Below, piece after piece: positions 19,091-29,541 of a DNA stretch of 64,000 bases. Source of the stretch: Burkholderiales bacterium (GTDB lineage: Bacteria > Pseudomonadota > Gammaproteobacteria > Burkholderiales > SG8-39); contig DASREB010000117.1 in the NCBI GenBank assembly GCA_035652275.1, positions 5,408-69,407 of the forward strand. Reading direction: 5' to 3'. The notes under the pieces were generated by a model. It was not told where the DNA came from, did not search any database, and saw nothing but the letters and a program-made list of their open reading frames with translations. The translations under genes were made by a program, and so were the position numbers. How positions within the stretch are numbered: position 1 is the first letter of the stretch; each line of letters begins with the position of its first letter.

Positions 19091-21453
19091 CACCCGGTCC
19101 GCTCGCGCCCGATCTGCTGAAGAAGATGGACGCCTATTGGCGAGCCGCGAATTACCTCACCGTCGGGCAGATCTACCTGCAAGACAACCCGCTGCTCGAA
19201 GAGCCGCTGCGGCTCGAGCACATCAAGCCGCGCCTGCTCGGGCACTGGGGCACTACCGCGGGACTGAACTTCATCTATGTGCACCTCAATCGTCTCATCA
19301 AGGCGAACGACCTCAACATGATCTACATCATCGGCCCCGGGCATGGCGGGCCCGGGCTGGTGGCGCACACTTACCTCGAAGGGTCCTACACCGAGCGCTA
19401 TCCGGACATCGAGCGCAACCGCAACGGACTGCAGCGCCTCTTTCGGCAGTTCTCCTGGCCCTACGGCGTGCCGAGCCACGTGGCGGCGGAAGTCCCGGGA
19501 TCGATCCATGAAGGGGGCGAGCTCGGCTATTCGCTCGCTCACGCCTATGGCGCCGCATTCGACAACCCGGATCTCATCGTCGCCTGCGTGATCGGCGACG
19601 GTGAAGCCGAAACCGGGACGCTCGCGGCGAGCTGGCACTCGAACAAGTTTCTCAATCCCGCGCGGGACGGCGCGGTTCTGCCGATCCTGCATCTCAACGG
19701 CTTCAAGATCGCCAACCCAACCGTGCTCGCCCGCATCAGCCGCGAAGAGCTGCGCGACCTGCTGCGCGGCTACGGCCACGAGCCGTATTTCGTGGAAGGC
19801 GACGATCCGGCGCTGGTGCATCAGCTCCTCGCCGCAACGCTCGATGCGGTGCTCGCCGAGATTAGAGGTATCCAGGCCGCCGCGCGTGCCACCCCGGACC
19901 TCGCCGGCGGCAAGCGTCCGCGTTGGCCGGTGATCGTGTTTGTCACGCCCAAAGGCTGGACCGGTCCCAGATTCGTGGACGGCGAGCCGGTCGAGGGCAC
20001 CTGGCGCGCGCACCAGGTGCCGATCGCGCAGCTCAGCAACCCCGAGCACCTCAAGCAGCTCGAGGACTGGATGAAAAGCTACCGGCCGCAGCAGCTCTTC
20101 GACGAGGACGGCAAATTCCTGGAGGAGTACGCGGCGCTCGCGCCAACGGGTCATCGCCGCATGGGCGCCAATCCGCACGCCAACGGCGGAGAGCTGCTAG
20201 TGCCCCTGGCGATGCCGCCGTTCCGCGACTATGCGGTGCAGATTTCCGCGCCCGGCGGCGTAGAAACCGAGTCCACGCGCATCCTCGGAGAATTCCTGCG
20301 CGACGTCATGAAGCTGAATCTCGACCGCCGCAATTTTCGCGTATTCGGCCCGGACGAGACCGCCTCGAACCGGCTCGACGCGATCTATGAAGCCAGCGCC
20401 AAGACATGGATGGCGCGCGTCGAGGAGGTGGACATCGACCTCAGCGCCGAGGGCCGCGTGATGGAAGTGCTGAGCGAGAACCTGTGCGAGGGCTGGCTCG
20501 AAGGCTATCTGCTGACCGGACGCCACGGCTTCTTCTCTTGCTACGAGGCGTTCATCCACATCATCGACTCGATGTTCAACCAGCATGCGAAATGGCTGAA
20601 GACCACCCGCAAGATCCCGTGGCGCGCGCCGATCGCGTCCCTGAACTACCTCCTGACCTCGCATGTCTGGCGCCAGGACCATAACGGTTTCTCGCACCAG
20701 GATCCCGGCTTCATCGATCACATCGCCAGCAAGAAGGCGGACGTCGTGCGCATCTATCTGCCGCCAGACGCCAACTGCCTGCTGTCGGTCGCCGATCATT
20801 GCCTGCGCAGCCGCAATTACGTCAACCTGATCATTGCCGGCAAGCAGCCCCAGTGGCAGTGGCTGGACATCGATTCGGCCGTGCGCCATTGCGCGGCCGG
20901 CGCCGGCATCTGGCAGTGGGCGAGCAACGAGGCGGGCGATCCCGATGTGGTGATGGCTTGCGCGGGAGACGTGCCGACGCTCGAGACGCTCGCCGCCGTG
21001 ACCCTGCTGCGCGAATACGTTCCGGACATCCGCATCCGCGTGGTGAACGTGGTGGACCTGATGGCGCTGCAGCCCCAGAGCGAGCATCCGCACGGGCTCG
21101 AGGACCAGGATTTCGATCGGCTGTTCACACGCGACAAGCCGGTGATTTTCGCCTTCCACGGCTATCCGCGCATGATTCATACCCTGACCTATCGCCGGCG
21201 CAATCACGACAACTTCCATGTGCGCGGATATAAGGAGGAAGGCACTACGACCACGCCCTTCGACATGGTCGTGCTGAACAACCTCGACCGCTACCGGCTC
21301 GCGCTCGACGCCATCGGCCGCATCCCGCGGCTCGAGCCGCGGGTGCAGGAAGCGACCGATCGCTACTGGAGCACCATGGAGCGCCACAAGCTCTATGTAA
21401 GCGAGCACGGCGAAGACCTGCCCGAGGTGCGGGAGTGGCGCTGGACACGCTAG
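19087..21453 (+). CDS. xfp: Xylulose-5-phosphate/fructose-6-phosphate phosphoketolase
   Basis: The 788-aa translation includes [25 protein letters not shown]...[15 protein letters not shown]...GPGHGGPG...[18 protein letters not shown]...GDGEAETG. Confidence 0.95.
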   Translation: MTPGPLAPDLLKKMDAYWRAANYLTVGQIYLQDNPLLEEPLRLEHIKPRLLGHWGTTAGLNFIYVHLNRLIKANDLNMIYIIGPGHGGPGLVAHTYLEGSYTERYPDIERNRNGLQRLFRQFSWPYGVPSHVAAEVPGSIHEGGELGYSLAHAYGAAFDNPDLIVACVIGDGEAETGTLAASWHSNKFLNPARDGAVLPILHLNGFKIANPTVLARISREELRDLLRGYGHEPYFVEGDDPALVHQLLAATLDAVLAEIRGIQAAARATPDLAGGKRPRWPVIVFVTPKGWTGPRFVDGEPVEGTWRAHQVPIAQLSNPEHLKQLEDWMKSYRPQQLFDEDGKFLEEYAALAPTGHRRMGANPHANGGELLVPLAMPPFRDYAVQISAPGGVETESTRILGEFLRDVMKLNLDRRNFRVFGPDETASNRLDAIYEASAKTWMARVEEVDIDLSAEGRVMEVLSENLCEGWLEGYLLTGRHGFFSCYEAFIHIIDSMFNQHAKWLKTTRKIPWRAPIASLNYLLTSHVWRQDHNGFSHQDPGFIDHIASKKADVVRIYLPPDANCLLSVADHCLRSRNYVNLIIAGKQPQWQWLDIDSAVRHCAAGAGIWQWASNEAGDPDVVMACAGDVPTLETLAAVTLLREYVPDIRIRVVNVVDLMALQPQSEHPHGLEDQDFDRLFTRDKPVIFAFHGYPRMIHTLTYRRRNHDNFHVRGYKEEGTTTTPFDMVVLNNLDRYRLALDAIGRIPRLEPRVQEATDRYWSTMERHKLYVSEHGEDLPEVREWRWTR

Positions 21454-22496
21454 GCGCCTCGCCGGTCCTTGCGCTGAATAGCGGCTCCTCGTCGCTGAAA
21501 TTTGCCCTCTATAGCGTCGGCGCTTCGTCGGTGGAAGCGCTCCTTGCCGTAGAGCTCGAGGGCGAGCTCCATGCGCGGGACGCGGTGTCGCGCGTGGCGC
21601 AGCTGCTTTCCGAGCGCAAGCTGCCTGCGCCGGCCGCGATCGGACACCGCGTCGTGCACGGCGGCGCGCGGCTGCGCCGCCACTGCGTGCTCGACGAAGC
21701 GATGCTGCGCGAGCTCGAGGCCGCCGCCGCCTTCGCGCCACTGCACGCACCGGCGGCCTTGTCGGTCATTCGTGCCGCGCAGGATCAATTCGGGCGGCAG
21801 CCTCAGGTCGCCTGTCTCGATACGGCGTTTCACGCCGGATTGCCGGACGTTGCGCGCACCCTGCCGATCCCGCGGGATCTCCAGGCGCAAGGCATCGAAC
21901 GCTACGGGTTTCACGGCCTGTCGTGCGAATCGATCGTTCGCCAGCTCGGCGCCGCCCTGCCGGGCCGGCTGGTCATCGCGCATCTTGGAAGCGGCGCCAG
22001 CATCACCGCGGTCAAGAACGGCCGATCGATCGACACCAGCATGAGCCTGACCCCGAGCGGCGGAGTGATCATGGGGACGCGCTGCGGCGATCTCGACCCG
22101 GGAATCATCGTCTACCTGTTGCGCGAGAAGAAACTGGATGCGGCGCAGCTCGAAGACCTCGTGAATCGCCGTTGCGGACTGCTCGGGATTTCCGGCATCG
22201 ACGCGGACATGCGCCGTCTGCATGAAGCCGCCTGGTCGAAGGACGCTGCGCAGCTTGCCATTGAAATGTTCTGCTACTCGGTCCGCAAGCAGGTCGCGGC
22301 GATGGCGGCCGCTCTCGAGGGCCTCGATCTGCTCGTGTTCACCGGCGGAATTGGCGAGGGCGACGCAGCCGTACGCGCGGCGATCTGCGACGGCCTTTCC
22401 TGGCTGCCGTGCCCGGTTCGCGTGCTGCCCGCCGACGAGGAGGCGCAGATCGCCCGCCACACCTGGGATCTGTTGAACGGGATCCGCGTTGGCTGA
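21435..22496 (+). CDS. ackA: Acetate kinase (compact 353-aa form)
   Basis: Conserved blocks include [16 protein letters not shown]...IGHRVVHGG...FAPLH.PA...ACLDTAFH...RYGFHGLS...[35 protein letters not shown]...VFTGGIGE. It overlaps xfp by 19 nt. Confidence 0.85.
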   Translation: MALDTLGASPVLALNSGSSSLKFALYSVGASSVEALLAVELEGELHARDAVSRVAQLLSERKLPAPAAIGHRVVHGGARLRRHCVLDEAMLRELEAAAAFAPLHAPAALSVIRAAQDQFGRQPQVACLDTAFHAGLPDVARTLPIPRDLQAQGIERYGFHGLSCESIVRQLGAALPGRLVIAHLGSGASITAVKNGRSIDTSMSLTPSGGVIMGTRCGDLDPGIIVYLLREKKLDAAQLEDLVNRRCGLLGISGIDADMRRLHEAAWSKDAAQLAIEMFCYSVRKQVAAMAAALEGLDLLVFTGGIGEGDAAVRAAICDGLSWLPCPVRVLPADEEAQIARHTWDLLNGIRVG

Positions 22497-24894
22497 AACG
22501 CCCGCGCCCGGAGCGCCCGGCATTGAGGCGCGGTGGACTTCCAGCGCGAAAAGTGGGGTTGGTACTGCACTCACGGCGCCGAGCCGGGTCTGGTTCACGC
22601 TCAGTCACGGCATCCTGAACGAAATCTACTACCCGCGGATCGATCACGCTTGCACGCGCGATTTCGGGTTCATAGTCACCGACGCAAGAAGCTTCTTCTC
22701 CGAGGAAAAGCGCAATGCCCAAAACACGCTGCGGCCACTCGCGGACGGCGTGCCAGCCTTCGCAGTGGTCAGCATCTGCGACGAGGGGCGCTATCGCTTG
22801 GAAAAACAGGTGCTCACCGATCCGCGGCGCGACGTTCTTCTGCAGCAAGTCAATTTTCATGCGCTCGCCGGCCCCATGGCCGGCTATCGCCTTTACGCGC
22901 TCCTCGCACCCCATCTGGTGAACCGGGGTGCCGGCAATACCGCGTGGATCGACGACTACAAGGGAATGCCAATGCTGTTTGCTGAAGGAAGTGGCACGGC
23001 CCTCGCCGTCGGCTGCTCGGCGCCGTTCCTCGCGCGCTCGGCCGGTTTCGTCGGCGTCTCGGACGGCTGGCAGGATCTTTCGCGGCATTTCGAGCTGCGC
23101 TGGCGCTACGACGAGGCACGCGGCGGCAACGTGGCGCTGACCGGTGAGATCGATCTCGTCGCCTGCGGCGGGCGCTTCATCCTGGCGCTCGGATTCGGAC
23201 AGAGCGCCGCGGAAGCGGCGCTCCGCGTGCGGACGAGCCTGAACGACGGCGTCGAGGAAGCGCTGGCCGCGTACGTCGCCGGCTGGCACGCCTGGCAGGG
23301 CTCGCTGCTCCCGCTCGACGCGGAATTGCCGCCGGGCCGCGCGAATACGTATCGCGTTAGCACCGCCGTGCTGCGCACGCACGAGGCGCGGTCCTTCGCC
23401 GGCGGCTACATCGCCAGCCTGTCGGTCCCCTGGGGGTTCTCCAAAGGCGACGAGGACCTCGGCGGCTACCATCTCGTCTGGCCCCGCGACCTCGTGGAGA
23501 TCGCCGGCGGCATGCTCGCTGCCGGAGCGAAAGCCGAAGCGCGGCAGATCCTGCATTACCTGCAGAACATCCAGGAGGCGGACGGCCATTGGCCGCAGAA
23601 CTGCTGGCTCGACGGCACGGCGTTCTGGAACGGCGTGCAGATGGACGAGTGCGCCTTTCCCATCCTGCTCGTCGACCTCGCGCGCCGCGAGGGCGCGATT
23701 CCGGCGGCCGAGCTGCCCGCACTGTGGCCGATGGTGAAGCGGGCGGCGCAGTACATCGTCCAGAACGGGCCGGTGACCGGGCAGGATCGGTGGGAAGAGG
23801 ACGGCGGCTATTCGCCCTTCACCCTCGCCGTCGAGATCGCCGCGCTCCTCGTGGCTGCCGATCTCGCCGACGAATTCGCCGCGCCGGGGCAGGCAGCCTA
23901 TTTGCGCGAGACCGCGGATATCTGGAATAGCCTGATCGAGCACTGGATCTATGCGGCCGGCACGCCCCTCGCGAAGAAGCTCGGTATAGAGGGCTACTAC
24001 GTTCGCATCGCCTCCCCCGACACCGCCGACGCCGCCTCGCCCGTCGATGGCTTCGTGCCGATCAAGAACCGTCCGCCCGGCAGCAGCGATTTGCGGGCTT
24101 CGTTGATGCTGAGCCCCGATGCGCTCGCCCTCGTGCGCTTCGGGCTGCGCGCGCCCGACGATCCGCGCATTCTGAACACGGTGCGCGCGATCGACGCACT
24201 GCTCAAGGCCGACTTGCCCGCCGGTCCCTGCTGGCGCCGCTACAACGGCGACGGCTATGGCGAGAAGGAAGATGGCAGCGCATTCGATGGCACCGGTATC
24301 GGCCGACCATGGCCGCTGCTCACCGGCGAGCGTGCGCATTACGAACTCGCTGCCGGCGATCGGGCAGCTGCGCAACGCATGCTCGCGGCACTCGAGGGCT
24401 TCGCGAGCGACGGCCATCTGCTGCCTGAGCAAGTCTGGGATGCCGGCGACATCCCCGAGCGTGAGCTGTTCCGAGGCCGGCCCTCCGGCTCGGCAATGCC
24501 GCTGGCGTGGGCACATGCCGAGCACGTCAAGCTGCTGCGCTCCCTCGCGGACGGCCGCGTATTCGACATGCCGCCGCAGACGCGCCAGCGCTACCAGGTC
24601 GAAGGCGTGCGCTCGCGCCACTGCGTCTGGCGCTTCAATCAAAAATCGCGCGCCGTGACCAGCGGCAGCGTGCTGCGGGTCGAGCTGCCGGCGGCTGCGA
24701 CGGTTCACTGGAGCAGCAACGGATGGAGCACGACCCACGATACCCAGACGCTGGACAGCGGGTTGGGTATCCACTTCGCCGACCTCGACACCGCCGAGCT
24801 CGAGGCAGGCCGTGAGGTCGTTCTTACGCTCTACTGGCCGGCCACGGATCGCTGGCAAGGCGTCGACTATCGCGTGGCGATCGAAGCCGCGTGA
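22489..24894 (+). CDS. Bacterial glucoamylase (glucan 1,4-alpha-glucosidase, GH15, about 800 aa with N-terminal beta-sandwich domain)
   Basis: TTG start overlaps the ackA end by 8 nt. Conserved blocks include APGAPGIEARWTSSAKSGVGTA...VWFTLSHGILNEIYYPRIDHACTRDFGFIVTD...YHLVWPRDLVE...WPQNCWLDG...WNGVQMDE...DRWEE. Confidence 0.85.
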   Translation: MAETPAPGAPGIEARWTSSAKSGVGTALTAPSRVWFTLSHGILNEIYYPRIDHACTRDFGFIVTDARSFFSEEKRNAQNTLRPLADGVPAFAVVSICDEGRYRLEKQVLTDPRRDVLLQQVNFHALAGPMAGYRLYALLAPHLVNRGAGNTAWIDDYKGMPMLFAEGSGTALAVGCSAPFLARSAGFVGVSDGWQDLSRHFELRWRYDEARGGNVALTGEIDLVACGGRFILALGFGQSAAEAALRVRTSLNDGVEEALAAYVAGWHAWQGSLLPLDAELPPGRANTYRVSTAVLRTHEARSFAGGYIASLSVPWGFSKGDEDLGGYHLVWPRDLVEIAGGMLAAGAKAEARQILHYLQNIQEADGHWPQNCWLDGTAFWNGVQMDECAFPILLVDLARREGAIPAAELPALWPMVKRAAQYIVQNGPVTGQDRWEEDGGYSPFTLAVEIAALLVAADLADEFAAPGQAAYLRETADIWNSLIEHWIYAAGTPLAKKLGIEGYYVRIASPDTADAASPVDGFVPIKNRPPGSSDLRASLMLSPDALALVRFGLRAPDDPRILNTVRAIDALLKADLPAGPCWRRYNGDGYGEKEDGSAFDGTGIGRPWPLLTGERAHYELAAGDRAAAQRMLAALEGFASDGHLLPEQVWDAGDIPERELFRGRPSGSAMPLAWAHAEHVKLLRSLADGRVFDMPPQTRQRYQVEGVRSRHCVWRFNQKSRAVTSGSVLRVELPAAATVHWSSNGWSTTHDTQTLDSGLGIHFADLDTAELEAGREVVLTLYWPATDRWQGVDYRVAIEAA

Positions 24895-24926
24895 AACTTG
24901 TACAACCTGAACTGAAGGAAACATCA

Positions 24927-26492
24927 ATGAGCGACGAAACAACGAAACTCAACGGGCCAGATTTCGCCGAGGGCGTAGCCCTTGCGGCCATTGCCGACGG
25001 CGCGATGCTGCTCGGACACGCGCAGGGCGAGCCGGTGCTTCTCGCGCGCCGCGGCAGCGAATTGTTCGCGATCGGCGCCGTCTGCACCCATTACGGCGGT
25101 CCGCTCGAGCAGGGATTACTGGTGGACGACACGGTGCGCTGCCCTTGGCACCATGCCTGCTTCAGCCTGCGCAGCGGCGAAGCGCTGCGCGCGCCGGCGT
25201 TGAATCCGGTTTCCTGCTGGCGCGTCGAGCAGCAGAACGGCCGCGCCTATGTTCGCGGCAAGATCGAAAGCAAGCCGCCACGCACGCAGGCCACCGGGCC
25301 GAGCAAGTCCTTCGTCATCATCGGCGGCGGCGCCGCTGGCAACGCTGCGGCCGAGATGCTGCGGCGGGAAGGCTACGAAGGCCGACTCACCGTGCTGAGC
25401 GCCGACGAGTCGCCGCCGTGCGACCGGCCGAACCTGTCGAAAGGCTACCTCGCGGGCACGGCGCCGGAAGAATGGGTGCCGTTGCGTTCGGCGGAGTTCT
25501 ACAAGGAGCAAGGAATCGATCTGAAGCTGAACGCGCGCGTCGCGTCGATCGATACGGCCGGCCGGCAGGTGCAGCTCGCGGACGGCGGCCGGATTGCCTA
25601 CGACAGGCTGCTTCTCGCCACCGGTGCGGAACCTGCGCGTCTCCCGCTGCCCGGCGCAGAGTTGCCGCACGTGCATTACCTGCGCACCTTCGCAGACAGC
25701 CGCGCGCTCGTCGCAAAGGCCCTGGTGGCGAAGCGCGCGGTGGTGATCGGCGCGAGCTTCATCGGTCTGGAAGTGGCCTCGTCGCTGCGCGCGCGCAATG
25801 TCGAAGTCCACGTGGTCGGCCCGGAGAAACGCCCGATGGAGAAAGTTCTGGGCGCCGAGGTGGGCGATTTCATCCGCAGGCTGCACGAGCAGCACGGCGT
25901 GACTTTCCACTTCGGCACCACCGCGACGAGGATCGGCGCGCAGGACGTCACGCTGCAAAACGGCCAGACACTTCAAGCCGAACTCGTCGTCATCGGCGTG
26001 GGCGTGCGCCCCGCCGTTACGCTGGCCGAGCAGGCCGGGCTCGCCATGGACCGCGGCGTGGCGGTGAACGAGTTCCTCGAAACCAGCGTCCCGGGCATCT
26101 TCGCCGCAGGCGACATCGCGCGCTGGCCCGATCCGCTCACCGGCGAGCGCATCCGCGTCGAGCACTGGGTGCTCGCCGAGCGCCAGGGGCAGACCGCGGC
26201 GCGCAACATGCTCGGCCGGCGCGAGCGCTTCGAGGCGGTGCCGTTTTTCTGGACCGAGCAGTACGACTTCGGACTCGCCTACGTCGGCCACGCCGAGCGC
26301 TGGGACAGGGCGCGCGTCGACGGCGATCTCGAGGCGCGCGACTGCTCGATCACCTATAGCCGCGACGGCAAGGAGCTGGCGGTTGCCGTGATCCATCGGG
26401 ATCTGGCGGGGCTGCGCGCCGAGGTCGAATTCGAGCGGCGCATCGCCACGTCACATCGGCCGATACTGCACGCAGCACACCATGGCGCGTAA
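24927..26492 (+). CDS. Rieske [2Fe-2S] domain fused to an FAD/NAD(P)-dependent pyridine nucleotide-disulfide oxidoreductase (ferredoxin-reductase/AIF-like)
   Basis: ATG at 24927 follows GAAGGAA. The Rieske motif is CTHYGGPL...CPWHHACF. The dinucleotide-binding motifs are VIIGGGAAGNAAAEML and VVIGASFIGLEVAS. Confidence 0.8.
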   Translation: MSDETTKLNGPDFAEGVALAAIADGAMLLGHAQGEPVLLARRGSELFAIGAVCTHYGGPLEQGLLVDDTVRCPWHHACFSLRSGEALRAPALNPVSCWRVEQQNGRAYVRGKIESKPPRTQATGPSKSFVIIGGGAAGNAAAEMLRREGYEGRLTVLSADESPPCDRPNLSKGYLAGTAPEEWVPLRSAEFYKEQGIDLKLNARVASIDTAGRQVQLADGGRIAYDRLLLATGAEPARLPLPGAELPHVHYLRTFADSRALVAKALVAKRAVVIGASFIGLEVASSLRARNVEVHVVGPEKRPMEKVLGAEVGDFIRRLHEQHGVTFHFGTTATRIGAQDVTLQNGQTLQAELVVIGVGVRPAVTLAEQAGLAMDRGVAVNEFLETSVPGIFAAGDIARWPDPLTGERIRVEHWVLAERQGQTAARNMLGRRERFEAVPFFWTEQYDFGLAYVGHAERWDRARVDGDLEARDCSITYSRDGKELAVAVIHRDLAGLRAEVEFERRIATSHRPILHAAHHGA

Positions 26493-26874
26493 GACTACGG
26501 TGCCGGTTGCAAACGTCAGGCTGAAGCGGGCGTACGAGAAGCCCGCTCGCAACGATGGCACGCGTGTCCTCATCGATCGCCTGTGGCCGCGCGGAGTGCG
26601 CAAAGCGGATGCAGAGCTCGATCAATGGGCCAAGGAGCTCGCACCCAGCACGGCGCTGAGGAAGTGGTTCGGCCACGATCCCGCACGATGGCCGGAATTT
26701 CGCCGCCGCTATACGGAGGAAATCCGCCAGCATCCCGGCCTTCTGGATCAGTTGCGTGCCCTGGCGCGCAAGGGCACCGTGACGCTGGTGTATTCCGCCC
26801 GCGACGAGGCGCATAACGACGCGGTGGTGTTGCGGGAGCTACTGCTCGGCCGAAAGACCGTCCCGGCGCCATGA
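26482..26874 (+). CDS. DUF488 (YeaO-like) family protein
   Basis: The translation is VRLKRAYEKPARNDGTRVLIDRLWPRGVRKADAELDQWAKELAPSTALRKWFGHDPARW.EF..RY..E...LVYSARDEAHN.A. It overlaps the upstream gene by 11 nt. Confidence 0.8.
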   Translation: MARKTTVPVANVRLKRAYEKPARNDGTRVLIDRLWPRGVRKADAELDQWAKELAPSTALRKWFGHDPARWPEFRRRYTEEIRQHPGLLDQLRALARKGTVTLVYSARDEAHNDAVVLRELLLGRKTVPAP

Positions 26875-27086
26875 GCGGAAAATTCAAGGTCGGCGACCAC
26901 GTGTCCTGGAATTCCGAGGCCGGGCGCGTCAGCGGCACGATCATCAAGGTGCATACCAGCGACACCGACTACAAGGGATACACGCACCACGCCAGCGAGC
27001 AAGATCCCCAGTACGAAATCCAGAGCGACAAGACCGATCATATTGCGATCCACAAAGGCTCAGCGCTTCACAAGGTGAACCGCTGA
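26871..27086 (+). CDS. DUF2945 family small protein (intact copy)
   Basis: The translation is MSGKFKVGDHVSWNSEAGRVSGTIIKVHTSDTDYKGYTHHASEQDPQYEIQSDKTDHIAIHKGSALHKVNR. The start overlaps the DUF488 stop as ATGA. Confidence 0.75.
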   Translation: MSGKFKVGDHVSWNSEAGRVSGTIIKVHTSDTDYKGYTHHASEQDPQYEIQSDKTDHIAIHKGSALHKVNR

Positions 27087-27266
27087 CCTGCTCGGCACGT
27101 TGTTTGAAGCCGATTTTGATGAGCTGTGCCTCACGCGCAGCCCGCTCCTCGAGAACGGGCGCGCGGGCCTCACTTCGGCGGGCACACCACTCACGCAGCG
27201 CGGCATGCAGCTCGGGCATGTCAGCGCCGCGAGCGACATGCTGATGCTGCGCTACGAGCGCTCGCG

Positions 27267-29024
27267 ATGAGCTGCGCCGCGCGCCTGCTTTCGGTAAATG
27301 TGGGCCTGCCGAAGGAAATCGCATGGCGCGGCAGAACAGTGAGGACCGGAATATGGAAAGTTCCGGTCGCGGGACGGCGCCGGGTGCGGTGTCTCAACAT
27401 CGACGGCGACGGCCAGGGCGACCTGCTCGGCCACGGCGGCGAGCAGCGCGCGGTGCTCGTCTACCAGACGGACTCGTATCGCCACTGGGAAAACCGCTTG
27501 CACCGCGGCGATTTCACGCTCGGCCAGTTCGGCGAGAACTTCACCGTCGAGGGACTGGCGGACGACGAAGCGTGCATCGGCGATCGCTACCGCATCGGCA
27601 GCGCGCTGTTTGAGGTCAGCCAGCCGCGCGTGACCTGCTACCGCGTCGGCATCCGCATGGATGAGCCGCGCATGGCCGCGCTGCTCGTATCCGAGCAGCG
27701 GCCCGGATTCTATCTGCGCGTCCTCGAGGAGGGCGAAGTCGGCGCCGGCGACGAGATCCTCAAGGTCGCAGCGGGGCCTGAAGGCATGACGGTCCGCCAG
27801 GTGAATGCTCTGCTGTACCTGCCGGGACATCCGCGCGCCGAGCTGGAAAAGGCGCTGCGCATCCCGGCGCTCAGCGCCGGCTGGCAAGGCTCCTTCCGCG
27901 CATTGCTCGAGCACGAGACGAAAGACCCGTCGGGCACCGGCAATCCCGGGCTCGCGCCCGAGCTCGGGCCGCCGGCCGCATGGAGCGGATTTCGCCGGCT
28001 CGAGGTGCGCGCGAAGCGCCGAGAAAGCGACGATGTCGTCTCGCTCGCGCTTGCGTCGCCGCAGGCGGAGCCGCTGGCGCTGCCCGAGGCCGGGCAGTTC
28101 ATCGTATTGCGGCTCAAGCCCGACCCGTACGGCGCGCCGCTGCTGCGCAGCTATTCGCTAGCGGGCGCACCGGACATGAGCACCTATCGGATCGGCGTGA
28201 AGCGAGAGCTGAACGGCCTCGCTAGCGCGTATCTGCACGACCGCGTGCAGATCGGCCACCCACTCGAAGTCAGCGCGCCGCGGGGCAACTTCATCCTGCG
28301 CCAAGGCACCGAACCACTCGTGCTGCTGAGCGCGGGCATCGGCGTCACGCCTGTCCTGTCGATTCTGCATGCGCTGGCCGCGAGCCGCTCCTCGCGCAGC
28401 ATCCGCTGGGTCTATGGCGCGCGAGACGGGGCGCACCACCCATTCGCCGAGGAGGCGCGGCGCCTGTTCGCAGCGTTGCCGAACCTCACCGCTGAAATTC
28501 GGTACAGCAGACCCCGACCCGGACTCGACCATGGCGCGCCGGGCCGGGTGACGATGCGCCTGCTGGAAGACCTCGGCGTGCCGCACAACGCACAGTTCTA
28601 CCTGTGCGGGCCGGCCGGATTCCTGCGCGACCTGAGGACGGGCCTGCTTCGCTACGGCGTGACGGCCGGTCACCTGCACACCGAGATTTTCGGTCCCGGC
28701 GAGGCCGGAACCCCCGGCCTGGTCCACGTTGCTGCGCGGGCCGCGCACTCTATGGTCGCGGCTCCAGGCGAGGCTCGAGTTTCCTTCGCGCGCAGCGGGG
28801 TCGCCGCGGGCTGGCGCAGCAGCTATCGAAGCCTGCTCGAGCTCGCGGAGGCTTGCGACGTTCCCGTCCGATGGTCGTGCCGCACCGGCGTCTGCCACCG
28901 GTGCGAAGCGGGGCTCGTTGCCGGTACGGTGAAGTACGACCCGCAACCGCTGGAGCCGCCCGCGCGGGGCAATGTCCTCACTTGCTGCGCGCAGCCAGCA
29001 AGCGATGTCGCGATCGATCTGTAG
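27267..29024 (+). CDS. MOSC domain protein fused to an FNR-type FAD/NAD-binding reductase and a C-terminal 2Fe-2S ferredoxin
   Basis: The MOSC part reads LLSVNVGLPKEIAWRGRTVRTGIWK.PV.....V..LN.DGDGQGDL..HGGE.RAV. The FNR-like part reads FIVLRLKP...LLRSYSL and VLLSAGIGVTPVLS. The C-terminus carries CRTGVCHRCE...LTCC. The start is chosen at MSCAARLL. Confidence 0.8.
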   Translation: MSCAARLLSVNVGLPKEIAWRGRTVRTGIWKVPVAGRRRVRCLNIDGDGQGDLLGHGGEQRAVLVYQTDSYRHWENRLHRGDFTLGQFGENFTVEGLADDEACIGDRYRIGSALFEVSQPRVTCYRVGIRMDEPRMAALLVSEQRPGFYLRVLEEGEVGAGDEILKVAAGPEGMTVRQVNALLYLPGHPRAELEKALRIPALSAGWQGSFRALLEHETKDPSGTGNPGLAPELGPPAAWSGFRRLEVRAKRRESDDVVSLALASPQAEPLALPEAGQFIVLRLKPDPYGAPLLRSYSLAGAPDMSTYRIGVKRELNGLASAYLHDRVQIGHPLEVSAPRGNFILRQGTEPLVLLSAGIGVTPVLSILHALAASRSSRSIRWVYGARDGAHHPFAEEARRLFAALPNLTAEIRYSRPRPGLDHGAPGRVTMRLLEDLGVPHNAQFYLCGPAGFLRDLRTGLLRYGVTAGHLHTEIFGPGEAGTPGLVHVAARAAHSMVAAPGEARVSFARSGVAAGWRSSYRSLLELAEACDVPVRWSCRTGVCHRCEAGLVAGTVKYDPQPLEPPARGNVLTCCAQPASDVAIDL

Positions 29025-29069
29025 CGTTCAGCGCTTTTACAGCCTGGCGTCCATCGTAATACGCGCAAT

Positions 29070-29222
29070 GGCGAAAACCTCATTGCCTGGAATTCCGACG
29101 CCGGGCGCGGCAACGGCACGCTCATGCCAGCAAGCAAGATCCCCAGCACGAAATCCAGAGCGACAAGACCGATCACATTGCGATCGACAGGGGGCTCGGC
29201 GCTTCGCAAGATAAACCGCTGA
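29070..29222 (+). pseudogene. Decayed DUF2945 copy (no start, internal deletion of about 45 nt, two compensating frameshifts)
   Basis: The nucleotide sequence aligns with 26900-27086: ..gcctggaattccgacgccgggcgcg..ggcacg..[deletion]..gccagcaagcaagatccccagcacgaaatccagagcgacaagaccgatcacattgcgatcgacagggggctcggcgcttcgcaagataaaccgctga. Confidence 0.6.
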
Positions 29223-29541
29223 CGAGAATGGCCGGCGGGTAAAGTCCCGCGCTATTGTTGTCGTTCGTCGGTCGAGTGGCGCACCCGGCGATCATCAGCG
29301 TCCGATGCGCAGTCTCGCGCGCTAGACGAATCATTTTTCGCGTGGACAGAGGGATACAAGTTGCGTCGATCTCTCCGTTTACGTTCCTGGCGGACGGAAT
29401 ATTTCTCGGGGAAGAATGTGTATTGCGGATTTCCGGACTGGCCTATATAAGAACGCTCCTCGCGGCCTCTCTCTCGTGAGCAAGTTTGTTCGGCCCGGGT
29501 CTGGCTCCGAGATCGACTCGTTGATAACGGAGGATTTCCGC

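Noticed and set aside
22339-24942. Very long antisense ORFs: 867 aa here, and also 816-2210, 7322-8797, 8928-10262, 14032-15492, 31081-33654, 42050-44047 and 50698-51732.
   Set aside because: These are typical GC-rich shadow frames opposite genes with strong family signatures. Their translations are Arg/Ala/Gly/Pro-rich with no motifs, and they lack RBSs.
27087-27266. A minus-strand frame encoding MPELHAALREWCARRSEARAPVLEERAAREAQLIKIGFKQRAEQ, between DUF2945 and the MOSC gene. It might be a remnant of a regulator.
   Set aside because: It has coding-like codon bias but no recognisable family, no RBS, and it runs into the DUF2945 gene. This is too weak to annotate.
29423-29450. A candidate sigma-70 promoter (TTGCGG...TATATA) upstream of di-haem cytochrome paralog 2.
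   Set aside because: The spacer is only 15-16 nt and there is no independent evidence. It is not reported as a feature.
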